The notes below the pieces were generated by a model, which ran no database searches, was not told the DNA's origin, and was given only the letters and a program-made list of their open reading frames with translations. From an uncultured Clostridia bacterium (GTDB lineage: Bacteria; Bacillota; Clostridia; Oscillospirales; Ruminococcaceae), in contig CANNSB010000004.1 in NCBI GenBank assembly GCA_947510165.1, positions 23,318 through 87,317 of the forward strand: a DNA stretch of 64,000 nucleotides, in the 5' to 3' direction. How positions within the stretch are numbered: the stretch's first letter is position 1; each line of letters opens with the position of its first letter. Made by a program: the position numbers and the translations under genes. This document shows positions 1 to 8,560 of the stretch, one piece after another.

Positions 1-336
1 ATAGGTTAAAATAGAGTCTAGATAAGAACTAATAAAACTTTCGATTCCAATAGAAGAAGGGCCAACTTTTATGTTGTCGCAGAGATGATTAAGAAAAATA
101 TCTACATCAGGATCTCCAGTATGTATAGAAAATCCGCCAACAAGGTGTATAATTTTTAATATAGCGGCATCTATAATAGGGATAGATTGGCGAATAGAAA
201 GATAAAGTTTATTTTCTTTAGGAGGAAGGGAAGTGTTAAAGACAGAAAAAGGAGATGAACAAGAAGGAGATAAAACAGAGGTGCAGGAAGGGGAATTTTT
301 TTGTTTTTTAGAAGAGAATAGTTTAAATAGATTCAA
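1..336 (-). CDS. phage portal-like protein, N-terminal part (gene runs past window start)
   Basis: Not in ORF track (no stop in window). Reverse strand is open from TTG at 336 (AAAGGAG 7 nt upstream) to position 1, directly downstream of terL. Hand translation: NLFKLFSSKK...SIPIIDAAILKIIHLVGGFS... Product call is mainly positional. Confidence 0.4.
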   Translation of the reverse strand, partial: MNLFKLFSSKKQKNSPSCTSVLSPSCSSPFSVFNTSLPPKENKLYLSIRQSIPIIDAAILKIIHLVGGFSIHTGDPDVDIFLNHLCDNIKVGPSSIGIESFISSYLDSILTY

Positions 337-360
337 GGATGAACTCCTTTCTAATAAAAT

Positions 361-1626
361 TCAACGTAAATAAGAAGCTACAAAAAAATTATTGTCATTA
401 GAGTAGTGTTGTTTAGAAAATATGATAGTATTGACAAAATAGCGAATGTCATCCATAGCATGGTCAAAAGCTTTTTTGACAGAATCGGATGAAGATTTAT
501 CATTCCAAGAATAAAGAGAGAATTCGCGAATAGAATCTAAACATGAAGAGTGAAATTTAATAGAGGAAGAAAGAAGAGTTTCGGAAACGTTTTGGATTCC
601 CTGATAAACATTATTATCAGCAGGAACAACAGAAAAAAATCCATGCTGTTTAATACATTGGATAAAGCTAGAAGCGGAAGGATCAATAATGATAGATGAA
701 ATATTATAACCATAAGCAAATTTTTCAAGATCGGTATAATATTGCTGATCAGTTTTATATATTTTAGAAGCAGAAGAGTCATGATAAAATTCTTTAATAC
801 GAAACCAAACACCAGAAGATTCTCCCCAAAGGCCAAGAGAAAAAGGATTTACAGTGCCATAATCACAAGAAAGAAAGAATTTAGAAAAATGGGAAGGAAG
901 AGAGGGAGAAACATGAAGATTAGGATCAAACATAGGATAAACAAGACCAGAAGAGGAAGTCCATTTTCCGAGGATAAAACGGTCGAAGAAAGAGCCAGAA
1001 TATAAAGAAGAATAACGTTTAATAATAGAAGATGAAAGTGAGGGATTATCTTCCATAGTGAAATGAAGATAAAGAGATTTTTTTTGATCAAGTTTTTTGA
1101 TCCATTCTAGGTAAAACCAATGGAAAGGATGCTGAGGATTACAGTTAAACCAAAATTTAGAATTAGAGATAGAACAACGAGCAATAGCCTGTTCGACAAA
1201 AGATCGAGGCATAAGAGCAACCTCGTCGAGCATAACGCCGGAAAGAGTCATACCTTGTATTAGAGAAGCGGAAGATTCATCTTTTCCACCGAAAAGATAA
1301 AAAGAGTTAGTTATATTTTTATAAGATATATGTATAATATTTTTAGAAGAGATAAAACGACAAGAAAACCCAAGAGAAGAAAGATAGGGTAAAAGAGAAG
1401 ATATAACGTTTCTAGATAGGGAAGAGATGGTTTTGCCACATATAGCAAAAGAGGAGTTATTGAAAAGAGAAGAAGCCCAAAATATAAAAGATAAGGACAT
1501 ACAAAGGGTTTTTCCAGATCTGATAGAACCATCGCAGATTATAGAATCAAAAGAATTTAAGTAATTTTGATTATGCCACCAAGAAAGAAGAAAAAGTTGT
1601 TTTTTTGAAAAAGGTTTAATCTTCAT
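361..1626 (-). CDS. phage terminase large subunit (PBSX-like)
   Basis: Walker A-like DGSIRSGKT, Walker B-like MLDEVALM. Nuclease-half motifs DYGTVNPFS, IIIDPSASS, DHAMDDIRY. Overlaps terS stop. Confidence 0.8.
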   Translation of the reverse strand: MKIKPFSKKQLFLLSWWHNQNYLNSFDSIICDGSIRSGKTLCMSLSFIFWASSLFNNSSFAICGKTISSLSRNVISSLLPYLSSLGFSCRFISSKNIIHISYKNITNSFYLFGGKDESSASLIQGMTLSGVMLDEVALMPRSFVEQAIARCSISNSKFWFNCNPQHPFHWFYLEWIKKLDQKKSLYLHFTMEDNPSLSSSIIKRYSSLYSGSFFDRFILGKWTSSSGLVYPMFDPNLHVSPSLPSHFSKFFLSCDYGTVNPFSLGLWGESSGVWFRIKEFYHDSSASKIYKTDQQYYTDLEKFAYGYNISSIIIDPSASSFIQCIKQHGFFSVVPADNNVYQGIQNVSETLLSSSIKFHSSCLDSIREFSLYSWNDKSSSDSVKKAFDHAMDDIRYFVNTIIFSKQHYSNDNNFFVASYLR

Positions 1627-2125
1627 GAGATATACCAGAAGAAGAAATAGATTGATGAAGAGCGTCTAAAAAATCAGATGAAGAAGAATTATTACTAGAT
1701 AAAGATGAAAGTTTTTCTAAGGCTTTAAGGCGGTCAAAAAATTTTATTTCAAATCCTCCGTCTTTTGATTTTTTAATTTCGGATATATTAAAAAGATCAA
1801 GATTATTAATAGAAGAAGGGGAAAGATTTTGGTGATTAAGAATAAGAGAGACAGAGTCATTTATAGAACCAAAAGCAATTCGTTCAAATCCTTTAATGAT
1901 AAAAGAAGATAGCAGTTGATCATAGTTAGAGGATGAAATTTGTTGTATAAATGATTTAATTTTGGGGAGTTGAAGAAGTTTGATAGCATTTTTACTAGGA
2001 GAAGAAAACCCAGATTTTATGGCGGATTCTTGAGGGTTATTGGATATAATAAAATAATAGCAAAAAAGTTTTTCTTTAGGATTTAGCTTAGCTGAAATAA
2101 AAACACCTCCAAAATAAAGATTCAT
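1616..2125 (-). CDS. phage terminase small subunit (Terminase_2-like)
   Basis: N-terminal LNPKEKLFCYYFI..NPQESAIKSGFS HTH-like motif typical of small terminases. Lies immediately upstream of and overlapping terL. Confidence 0.65.
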   Translation of the reverse strand: MNLYFGGVFISAKLNPKEKLFCYYFIISNNPQESAIKSGFSSPSKNAIKLLQLPKIKSFIQQISSSNYDQLLSSFIIKGFERIAFGSINDSVSLILNHQNLSPSSINNLDLFNISEIKKSKDGGFEIKFFDRLKALEKLSSLSSNNSSSSDFLDALHQSISSSGISHED

Positions 2126-2179
2126 AAAAGGGTGATAACTATAGATAGTTTCATAAAAAAAGACAACAAAATAAAAAAC

Positions 2180-2207
2180 TTGAAAAAAAAAATAAATATG
2201 ATATAAT
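2180..2207 (+). promoter_or_regulatory. sigma-A type promoter candidate for SRP RNA
   Basis: TTGAAA (2180-2185), 16-nt spacer, TG-n-TATAAT extended -10 (2199-2207), about 30 nt upstream of the SRP RNA helix. Confidence 0.4.
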
Positions 2208-2238
2208 TAAAGAAGAAATAAAAGACATCTATTATTTG

Positions 2239-2354
2239 ACAAACGGGTATAGGAGACCTGTGCAATAGAAATTCGAGAACCATGTCAGACGGGGAACCGA
2301 GCAGCATTAATCGAAATTTTCTATGTGCCGCAGAAATTTTCTATATTCGTTTGT
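2239..2354 (+). ncRNA. ffs: small (4.5S-type) signal recognition particle RNA
   Basis: GTCAGACGGGGAACCGAGCAGC matches the conserved SRP domain IV motif (GUCAGGUCCGGAAGGAAGCAGC in E. coli). Long closing helix: ACAAACG/CGTTTGT, GGTATAG/CTATATT, GCAATAGAAATTCGA/TCGAAATTTTCTATGTGC. Sits just upstream of dnaX, as scr does in Bacillus. Confidence 0.8.
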
Positions 2355-2414
2355 GAGAAAATAGGAGTCTATTTTTATATATAGATATTATTTTAAACAA
2401 AATGAAAATAGTAG

Positions 2415-3944
2415 GTGGATAGGTTGTATCTAGCGTTATATAGAAAATACAGGCCAAAAAACTTTAAAGAAGTAGTAGGACAGGACAGTATAATAGAAGT
2501 TTTGAAGAATGAAATAGAAAGAGATAAAGTAGGACATGCATATTTATTTACAGGAACAAGAGGGACAGGAAAGACAAGCTGTGCAAAGATATTAGCCAAA
2601 ACTGTAAATTGTGAAAAAATAATATTGGGAGAAGCATGTAATAATTGTGAAAGATGTATAAATATAGAGAGAGAGAGAGACTTAGATATAATTGAGATAG
2701 ATGCAGCAAGTAATAATGGAGTAGACAATATAAGAGAGATAAAAGAAGAGATAGAGTATCATTCAAGAAATGGTGGAAAAAAAGTATATATAATAGATGA
2801 AGTTCACATGCTAAGTATAGGAGCATTTAATGCGCTGTTAAAAATAATGGAAGAGCCACCAAAAAATATATTGTTTATATTAGCAACAACGGAAGAGCAT
2901 AAAGTTCCAATAACGATAAAGTCTAGATGTGAAAGGTTTGAGTTTAAAAGGATAAAAGAAAAAGATATAAGTTTAAAATTAGAAGAAATAATAAAAGAAG
3001 AAAAGATAGATATAGAAGAAGAGGGGATAGAACTAATATCTAGAATGGCAGATGGAGGGATGAGAGACGCATTATCCATATTAGATAAAGTTTGTGCTAA
3101 AGAAGGAAAAATTACAAAAAATTATATAGAAGATATATGTGGAATTATAGATAATGAAGAGATAGAAAATTTGGTAAAGAGTGTAATAGGAAAAGATCTA
3201 GAAAAATATATAGAGATAAAAGAAGATATATTATTAAAAGGTAAAGATATAGATAGGATAATAGAAAACATACTAGAATATTTAAGGGATATAATATTAT
3301 ATAAAAATATAAAAAATATAGAAAAAAGAAAAGAATTAATAAAAAGAAAGATAGAAAAAACAAAAGAAATAGTAGAAAATATAGAAAATGAAGAAATAAT
3401 AGATTTAATAAATGAAATAGCAGAATTATATAAAAAAAGCAGAATATTATCTAATAAAAGCATAATATTAGATATAATTTTTATTAATATGATGACATTA
3501 GAAGAAAAAAAAATAAAAAATGATAATATTTATAGTGTTGACTTGAAAAAAAGTTCTGATAAAATAGATATATGTGATTCATCTGAATTACATATAGAAG
3601 AAAGAGAAGATGGAAATCCATTTAATTGGGAAGAGATTTGCAAAATTTTAAGAGAAAATGATAAAGGGTTATACAGTATATTATCTAATGCTGATGTCCA
3701 GAATAAAGGGGAATACATATATATAGATTCTCCAAATATCCTTTTTAGAGAATTGATAAAAAGGGATGGACAGTCGTTAAGATTAATAGAAGTTATAAAA
3801 AATTATACAGGGAAAAGATATAAGATAAGATTAAAAGTAAGTAAAACAAAAGAAATATGTGAAGAAGATAGAGTAGAAGAAGATAGAATAGGAAATATTA
3901 TAGATAAAGCAAAAAAACTAGGAATAGAAATAGAAATAAAATAA
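2415..3944 (+). CDS. dnaX: DNA polymerase III subunit gamma/tau
   Basis: LYRKYRPKNF, GTRGTGKTS Walker A, IIDEVHML Walker B, zinc module CNNCERC, SRC sensor motif. GTG start. Confidence 0.93.
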   Translation: MDRLYLALYRKYRPKNFKEVVGQDSIIEVLKNEIERDKVGHAYLFTGTRGTGKTSCAKILAKTVNCEKIILGEACNNCERCINIERERDLDIIEIDAASNNGVDNIREIKEEIEYHSRNGGKKVYIIDEVHMLSIGAFNALLKIMEEPPKNILFILATTEEHKVPITIKSRCERFEFKRIKEKDISLKLEEIIKEEKIDIEEEGIELISRMADGGMRDALSILDKVCAKEGKITKNYIEDICGIIDNEEIENLVKSVIGKDLEKYIEIKEDILLKGKDIDRIIENILEYLRDIILYKNIKNIEKRKELIKRKIEKTKEIVENIENEEIIDLINEIAELYKKSRILSNKSIILDIIFINMMTLEEKKIKNDNIYSVDLKKSSDKIDICDSSELHIEEREDGNPFNWEEICKILRENDKGLYSILSNADVQNKGEYIYIDSPNILFRELIKRDGQSLRLIEVIKNYTGKRYKIRLKVSKTKEICEEDRVEEDRIGNIIDKAKKLGIEIEIK

Positions 3945-3961
3945 AAAATGGAGGATAAAAT

Positions 3962-4312
3962 ATGAAAGCAAGACTACCAAAAAATGTAAATACAGGACAA
4001 CCAAATAATATGGGGGATATGATAAAACAAGCACAAAAGATGCAATCTGACATAGAAAAGGTTCAAGAAAATTTATCTGATAAAGAATTTTCTGTAAGTG
4101 TAGGTGGAGGAATGCTAGAAGCGGTAGTTACAGGGAAAAAAGAGCTAAAAAGTATAAAGTTAAAAAAAGAGGTAGTTGATCCAGAAGATATAGAAATGTT
4201 GGAAGATTTAATTATATCAGGGGTAAATCAAGCGATGAAAAAAGCAGAAGAAACAATAGATGAAGAGATGGGAAAAGTTACAGGTGGAATGAATATTCCA
4301 GGACTTATCTAA
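3962..4312 (+). CDS. ybaB: YbaB/EbfC nucleoid-associated protein
   Basis: About 116 aa, MIKQAQKMQ...VTGGMNIPGL family pattern, conserved dnaX-ybaB-recR synteny. Confidence 0.9.
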   Translation: MKARLPKNVNTGQPNNMGDMIKQAQKMQSDIEKVQENLSDKEFSVSVGGGMLEAVVTGKKELKSIKLKKEVVDPEDIEMLEDLIISGVNQAMKKAEETIDEEMGKVTGGMNIPGLI

Positions 4313-4911
4313 TGAACAAAGGGTCTTTATTAATAAATAAATTAATAGAGCAGTTCGCCAGCCTACCAGGAATAGGCTGGAAAACTGCTCAAAGATTATC
4401 ATACTATATATTAAAGTTGGATGAAGGAAGAGTAAAAGAGTTTGCAAATATTTTGATTGAGGCAAAACAAAAGATAAAAAACTGTGAAAACTGTTATAAT
4501 TTGACAGAAGAAAAATATTGTAAAATTTGTTTAGATGAGAGTAGAGATAGGAAGATAGTCTGTTTGGTGGAGATGCCAAAAGATATAATATCATTTGAAA
4601 AAACAGGTGAGTATAAAGGGGTATATCATGCACTACATGGTTTGATATCTCCGATGGATGGAATAGGCCCCGATAAACTTTATATAAAAGGTTTATTAAA
4701 AAGAATACAAACACAAGGTATAGAAGAGGTTATAATGGCAACTAACCCTACAGTAGAGGGAGAGGCAACAGCGATATATCTTTCTAGATTGATAAAGCCG
4801 ATGGGTATAAAAACAACAAGGATTGCATATGGAATACCAGTTGGAGGAGAATTAGAATATACAGATGATTTAACCTTATATAAAGCTTTAGAAAATCGAA
4901 ATGAGATATAG
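4312..4911 (+). CDS. recR: recombination protein RecR
   Basis: CENCYNLT..CKIC zinc finger and Toprim region EVIMATNPTVEGEATA. Confidence 0.93.
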   Translation: MNKGSLLINKLIEQFASLPGIGWKTAQRLSYYILKLDEGRVKEFANILIEAKQKIKNCENCYNLTEEKYCKICLDESRDRKIVCLVEMPKDIISFEKTGEYKGVYHALHGLISPMDGIGPDKLYIKGLLKRIQTQGIEEVIMATNPTVEGEATAIYLSRLIKPMGIKTTRIAYGIPVGGELEYTDDLTLYKALENRNEI

Positions 4912-4977
4912 AAATAAATTATAATAGTGTATAAAACAACAAATATAAATGATATAATAATAAAAAAGGAGATAATC

Positions 4978-5439
4978 ATGGTAAATACAAAATTAATAGG
5001 ACGAAACAAAAAAGTATCACATGATTATTTTATAGAAGAAAAGATAGAGGTAGGAATAGAGCTATTAGGAACAGAGGTTAAATCTTTAAGAGCGGGTAAA
5101 TTAAATTTAAAGGACAGCTGGTGTAATATAAACAACGGAGAGATATATGTATTAGGAATGCATATAAGTCCATATGAAAAAGGAAATATATTTAATAAAG
5201 ATCCAGTAAGAGTACGAAAATTATTAATGCATAAAAAACAGATAAGTAATATATATGGATTGATGAAAAGAGAAGGATATACAGTAATCCCAGTTAGTGC
5301 ATATTTTAAAGGATCTAAAGTTAAATTAAGCATAGGGATATGCAAGGGGAAAAAATTGCATGATAAAAGGCAAGCGATAGCAGAGAAGGATGCAAAAAGA
5401 TCTATACAAAGGGAACTTAAAGAGAGAAACAGATATTAA
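4978..5439 (+). CDS. smpB: SsrA-binding protein SmpB
   Basis: KKVSHDYFIEEKIEVGIELLGTEVKSLR motif. ATG at 4978 is preferred over 4927 because of AAAAAGGAG 7 nt upstream. Immediately precedes tmRNA. Confidence 0.9.
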   Translation: MVNTKLIGRNKKVSHDYFIEEKIEVGIELLGTEVKSLRAGKLNLKDSWCNINNGEIYVLGMHISPYEKGNIFNKDPVRVRKLLMHKKQISNIYGLMKREGYTVIPVSAYFKGSKVKLSIGICKGKKLHDKRQAIAEKDAKRSIQRELKERNRY

Positions 5440-5453
5440 ATAATATAAATAAT

Positions 5454-5805
5454 GGGGGCGTAAAGGTTTCGACGGAGAATGGAAAGGGTAGTAAGCGAGT
5501 AGAGTGGGCGAAGACTCTTAAAAAGTCGCAAAAAATATAAACGCTAACAATAATAGACACCTATCATACGCTGCATAGTATAACTATCGGCTCATAAGTT
5601 ATATAGAACCACGATATATAGGCTTATGTAAATTTAGTGGTGAACATCATAGAGAGATTCTCTGGCTCTATGAGGTATAAAGAGAATACCTATACTATAT
5701 CTTGTTTATTGGAGATATTATAGGAAAATAAATAATAAACTACACTCGTAGAAAGCTATCTGGAATATTTTTCGGACAGGGGTTCAATTCCCCTCGCCTC
5801 CACCA
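5454..5805 (+). ncRNA. ssrA: tmRNA (transfer-messenger RNA)
   Basis: 5' GGGGGCGTAAAGGTTTCGACGG and 3' GGACAGGGGTTCAATTCCCCTCGCCTCCACCA. Internal tag reading frame 5528-5575 followed by TAG. Confidence 0.93.
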
Positions 5806-6170
5806 TAATAAGGTCGATATTGTATTCTTTAAACTAACGATTATTATAACTATTAGTAATGTTTATAAATTAAAAAGTTGATATTAAAGCTAAGGAAGAT
5901 ATGTTTAACCTTTGAGAAAGTTAATTAGGATAATTTTAATGTATTGTTGTTGAGAAGGTATATGAAAATCATATTTTAAGAAATTTAATTATTAAGTGTA
6001 TATATAATAACAACTTTTATGTATAATTTATGTAATGGTATAAAATAATATTAATTTATTGTTTTATATTATATTATATTGTATCGTAGCGATTTTTTGA
6101 TAAGTATTTATTATTATTAATAAATACTTATCTTTTAATGCACTAGTATGAAAAATAAAGGAGAAAATTT

Positions 6171-6869
6171 ATGAATAAAAAAGTATGTATCGATATGGGT
6201 CATGGTGGAACAGACCCAGGTGCAGTTTCAGTAAATAGAAAAGAAAAAGATGATAATCTTATGATTGGAATGAAGATTATATCTATTTTACAGCAACAAG
6301 GTGTAGATATAGTAGTTCCAAGGGACATAGATAAAACAGTCTCACTACAAGCAAGAAGCAATCTTGCAAATAGCCAAAAAGTGGATTTGTTCGTGTCTAT
6401 ACATAGAAATTCCTTTAGTAGTGGTCAAGCAAAAGGTGTAGAAATTTGGACACAGAAAGGCGTTAATGATGCTACTACTAATGCTTTAGCAGCAAATATA
6501 TTAGAAGGAATCGTATCAGAAGGAGTTTCTTCAAATAGAGGTGTTAAATTAGGAGATTATCACGTAACTCGAGAAACTAATATGCCCGCTTGCTTGGTAG
6601 AGTTAGGTTTTATAACAAACTCTGAGGATAACAATTTATTTGATAGTAAAATAGAAGAGTATGCTTTAGCAATATCTAAAGGTGTATTAAAAACTTTAGG
6701 AAAATCTTATATAGATCCAAAGCCCCCAACTCCGCCAACCCCTCCAGAGGAAGGAAAGATGTATAAGGTTCAAGTTGGAGCATTTAGTAATAGATCAAAT
6801 GCAGAAGCCTTGGTAAATGATTTAAAAAGTAAAGGCTATACTGGATTTATAGTTGAGAGCATTAAATAA
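6171..6869 (+). CDS. N-acetylmuramoyl-L-alanine amidase (Amidase_3) with C-terminal SPOR domain, CwlC-like
   Basis: IDMGHGGTDPGA and SIHRNS zinc-amidase motifs, PTPPTPP linker, SPOR-like YKVQVGAFSNRSNAEALVNDLKSKGY. Confidence 0.8.
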   Translation: MNKKVCIDMGHGGTDPGAVSVNRKEKDDNLMIGMKIISILQQQGVDIVVPRDIDKTVSLQARSNLANSQKVDLFVSIHRNSFSSGQAKGVEIWTQKGVNDATTNALAANILEGIVSEGVSSNRGVKLGDYHVTRETNMPACLVELGFITNSEDNNLFDSKIEEYALAISKGVLKTLGKSYIDPKPPTPPTPPEEGKMYKVQVGAFSNRSNAEALVNDLKSKGYTGFIVESIK

Positions 6870-6955
6870 TATATAGTATAATTAAGCGAATATATAGATA
6901 ATATATTATCTATATATTCGCTTTTATTTTTATGTAAATATTATATTTAAGTTTA

Positions 6956-7825
6956 TTAAATAATAGTAACATTAGATAGATCAGATCCATAACTTTTTAA
7001 ATACAAGAATGTTATTTTATCTATAAAAGCTCCATCAAAATTAATTTTTTGTTTATCTCTATAATATTTTTTAGAAAAAGTATGTCCACAGTCGAATGAA
7101 CATCCTTTTATGATAGCGTTTTTAAATGTAGATCCAGCTAAAACTACTTTATCAAATTTAACCCCGTTAAAAGTTTGTTGATCAAAACATATTCCGCGAA
7201 GGTCAGAATATTTAAAATCTACATTAGTGAAAGTACACTGGTTAAATATAGCCTTTCTTAGATCTGTCATATGCATAATAGAATTGAAAAATTGTGAATA
7301 AATAAATTTTGCGGCTTTAAATTCTGAAGTGCTCATATTAGTATTAGTTAGAATAGTATTTACAAAGCTTGATTTATTAAGAGAAACTGCAGACATTTTC
7401 ACATCTGTAAGATTTGTTTTATCAAAAATACATCTAGTTAAATCACTTGCATGAAATGTACTACCTGTTAGATCTGCACCAGTGAAATCACAATTTTTTA
7501 TATCACTTCCGTTAAATTTAGCATGATGAGCTTTGACATTACGAAAATCTGTATTTTTCATATCAGTTCCGTTAAAATTGTGTGGAAGGGAGCGATAAGT
7601 GTCTTGTGTAGTTTCTAGAATTTCATCAACCATTTGTTGGATATCTCCAATTGTTTTGATGGTTTCTTGAAAAGCCGTTTCATCATCTAGTCCTCTTGCC
7701 TTAAGTTCATAATAATGTTCGTTAAGATCGGATAAAAGTTCTGATTTTATCTCTTCTAATCCATTAAAAATTCCATATGGTTTAAAAAGATTATTTAAAT
7801 ACACTTTCAAATTTTCATTTATCAT
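6956..7825 (-). CDS. pentapeptide-repeat protein with PadR-associated N-terminal helical domain
   Basis: Long run of A(D/N)LxG/F-type pentapeptides (ADLTGSTFHASDLTRCIFDKTNLTDVKM...). Directly downstream of the PadR gene. Confidence 0.75.
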   Translation of the reverse strand: MINENLKVYLNNLFKPYGIFNGLEEIKSELLSDLNEHYYELKARGLDDETAFQETIKTIGDIQQMVDEILETTQDTYRSLPHNFNGTDMKNTDFRNVKAHHAKFNGSDIKNCDFTGADLTGSTFHASDLTRCIFDKTNLTDVKMSAVSLNKSSFVNTILTNTNMSTSEFKAAKFIYSQFFNSIMHMTDLRKAIFNQCTFTNVDFKYSDLRGICFDQQTFNGVKFDKVVLAGSTFKNAIIKGCSFDCGHTFSKKYYRDKQKINFDGAFIDKITFLYLKSYGSDLSNVTII

Positions 7826-7842
7826 TATTTTATTCCCCCATA

Positions 7843-8172
7843 TTATAATAGCTTATCTAAAATATCTTTTGCATATTGCCAGTTATTTTTATTAATAATA
7901 TATGTATTTTTTCCTTTTTCGGTAATCTTATAGTATTTTCTTCTACCACCTTGGGTTTCATCCCCCCAATACCAGTCAATCTCGTCATCATTTTTAAGTC
8001 GACGGACAGCAGAATACATAGTTGCTTCTTTTAGCTCATATTGAGAGTTAGAATTTTTGTTAATACATTTAACTATTTCATAACCATATTTATCTCCCTC
8101 TGATAGAAGTCGTAGTATCATTGTGTCAACATGACCTCTTAGAAGATCGGATGATATATTTTTTTTATACAT
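7843..8172 (-). CDS. PadR family transcriptional regulator
   Basis: 109 aa winged-helix pattern ILRLLSEGDKYGYEI...YSAVRRL...GGRRKYYKITEKG. Confidence 0.85.
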   Translation of the reverse strand: MYKKNISSDLLRGHVDTMILRLLSEGDKYGYEIVKCINKNSNSQYELKEATMYSAVRRLKNDDEIDWYWGDETQGGRRKYYKITEKGKNTYIINKNNWQYAKDILDKLL

Positions 8173-8301
8173 TACCTCGCCTCCATAGTACTATAATATA
8201 ACACATTACTATGCTTGTAAATGTAATATTATGATTTATTTTTTATTTAATATATAATAGATGGTATTCACATACTAAATTTTGATAATAGGGGATAAAA
8301 T

Positions 8302-8496
8302 ATGGATGGTAAAAATAGATTAGATATTTCTATAGGACAAATAGTGGATATAGTGTTGAAATCAGATCAACGAAGTGGCAAGCTTACAAGGGGGATTGTT
8401 TTAAAAATATTGACTAAAAGTAGTAATCATCCTCATGGAATAAAAGTTATGCTAGAGGATAGACAGGTAGGAAGAATAAAAAATATTATTAAATAG
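8302..8496 (+). CDS. YwbE-family small protein (DUF2196)
   Basis: 64 aa with DQRSGKLTRGIV..ILT.S..HPHGIKV pattern. Confidence 0.6.
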   Translation: MDGKNRLDISIGQIVDIVLKSDQRSGKLTRGIVLKILTKSSNHPHGIKVMLEDRQVGRIKNIIK

Positions 8497-8560
8497 AGTA
8501 GATATTATAAAATAAAAGAAGACTATCATAATTATGATGGCCTTCTTTTATTTTATATAT

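Larger units (their letters stand above)
1..2125 (-). mobile_element. right edge of a prophage or phage-derived element (packaging module only visible)
   Basis: terS-terL-portal order on the minus strand. No replication or lysogeny genes lie between terS and the host SRP RNA gene. Confidence 0.6.

Noticed and set aside
2122-2307. A 61-aa ORF on the minus strand is listed in the track.
   Set aside because: It overlaps the SRP RNA gene and its promoter, is hydrophobic and low-complexity, and has no RBS.
2415-3944. A programmed frameshift in dnaX (tau/gamma), as in E. coli, was considered.
   Set aside because: A-runs are everywhere in this AT-rich gene. I saw no slippery heptamer followed by a nearby stop in the -1 frame together with a stem-loop, so there is no specific support.
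2393-5345. Many antisense or alternate-frame ORFs are listed inside dnaX, recR and smpB. Similar ones occur inside terL (537-1532), the tape-measure gene (52811-55333), the primase and the portal.
   Set aside because: They are low-complexity (Leu/Ile/Ser/Phe-rich) shadows of strongly supported genes on the opposite strand or in another frame. None has an RBS or recognisable motifs.
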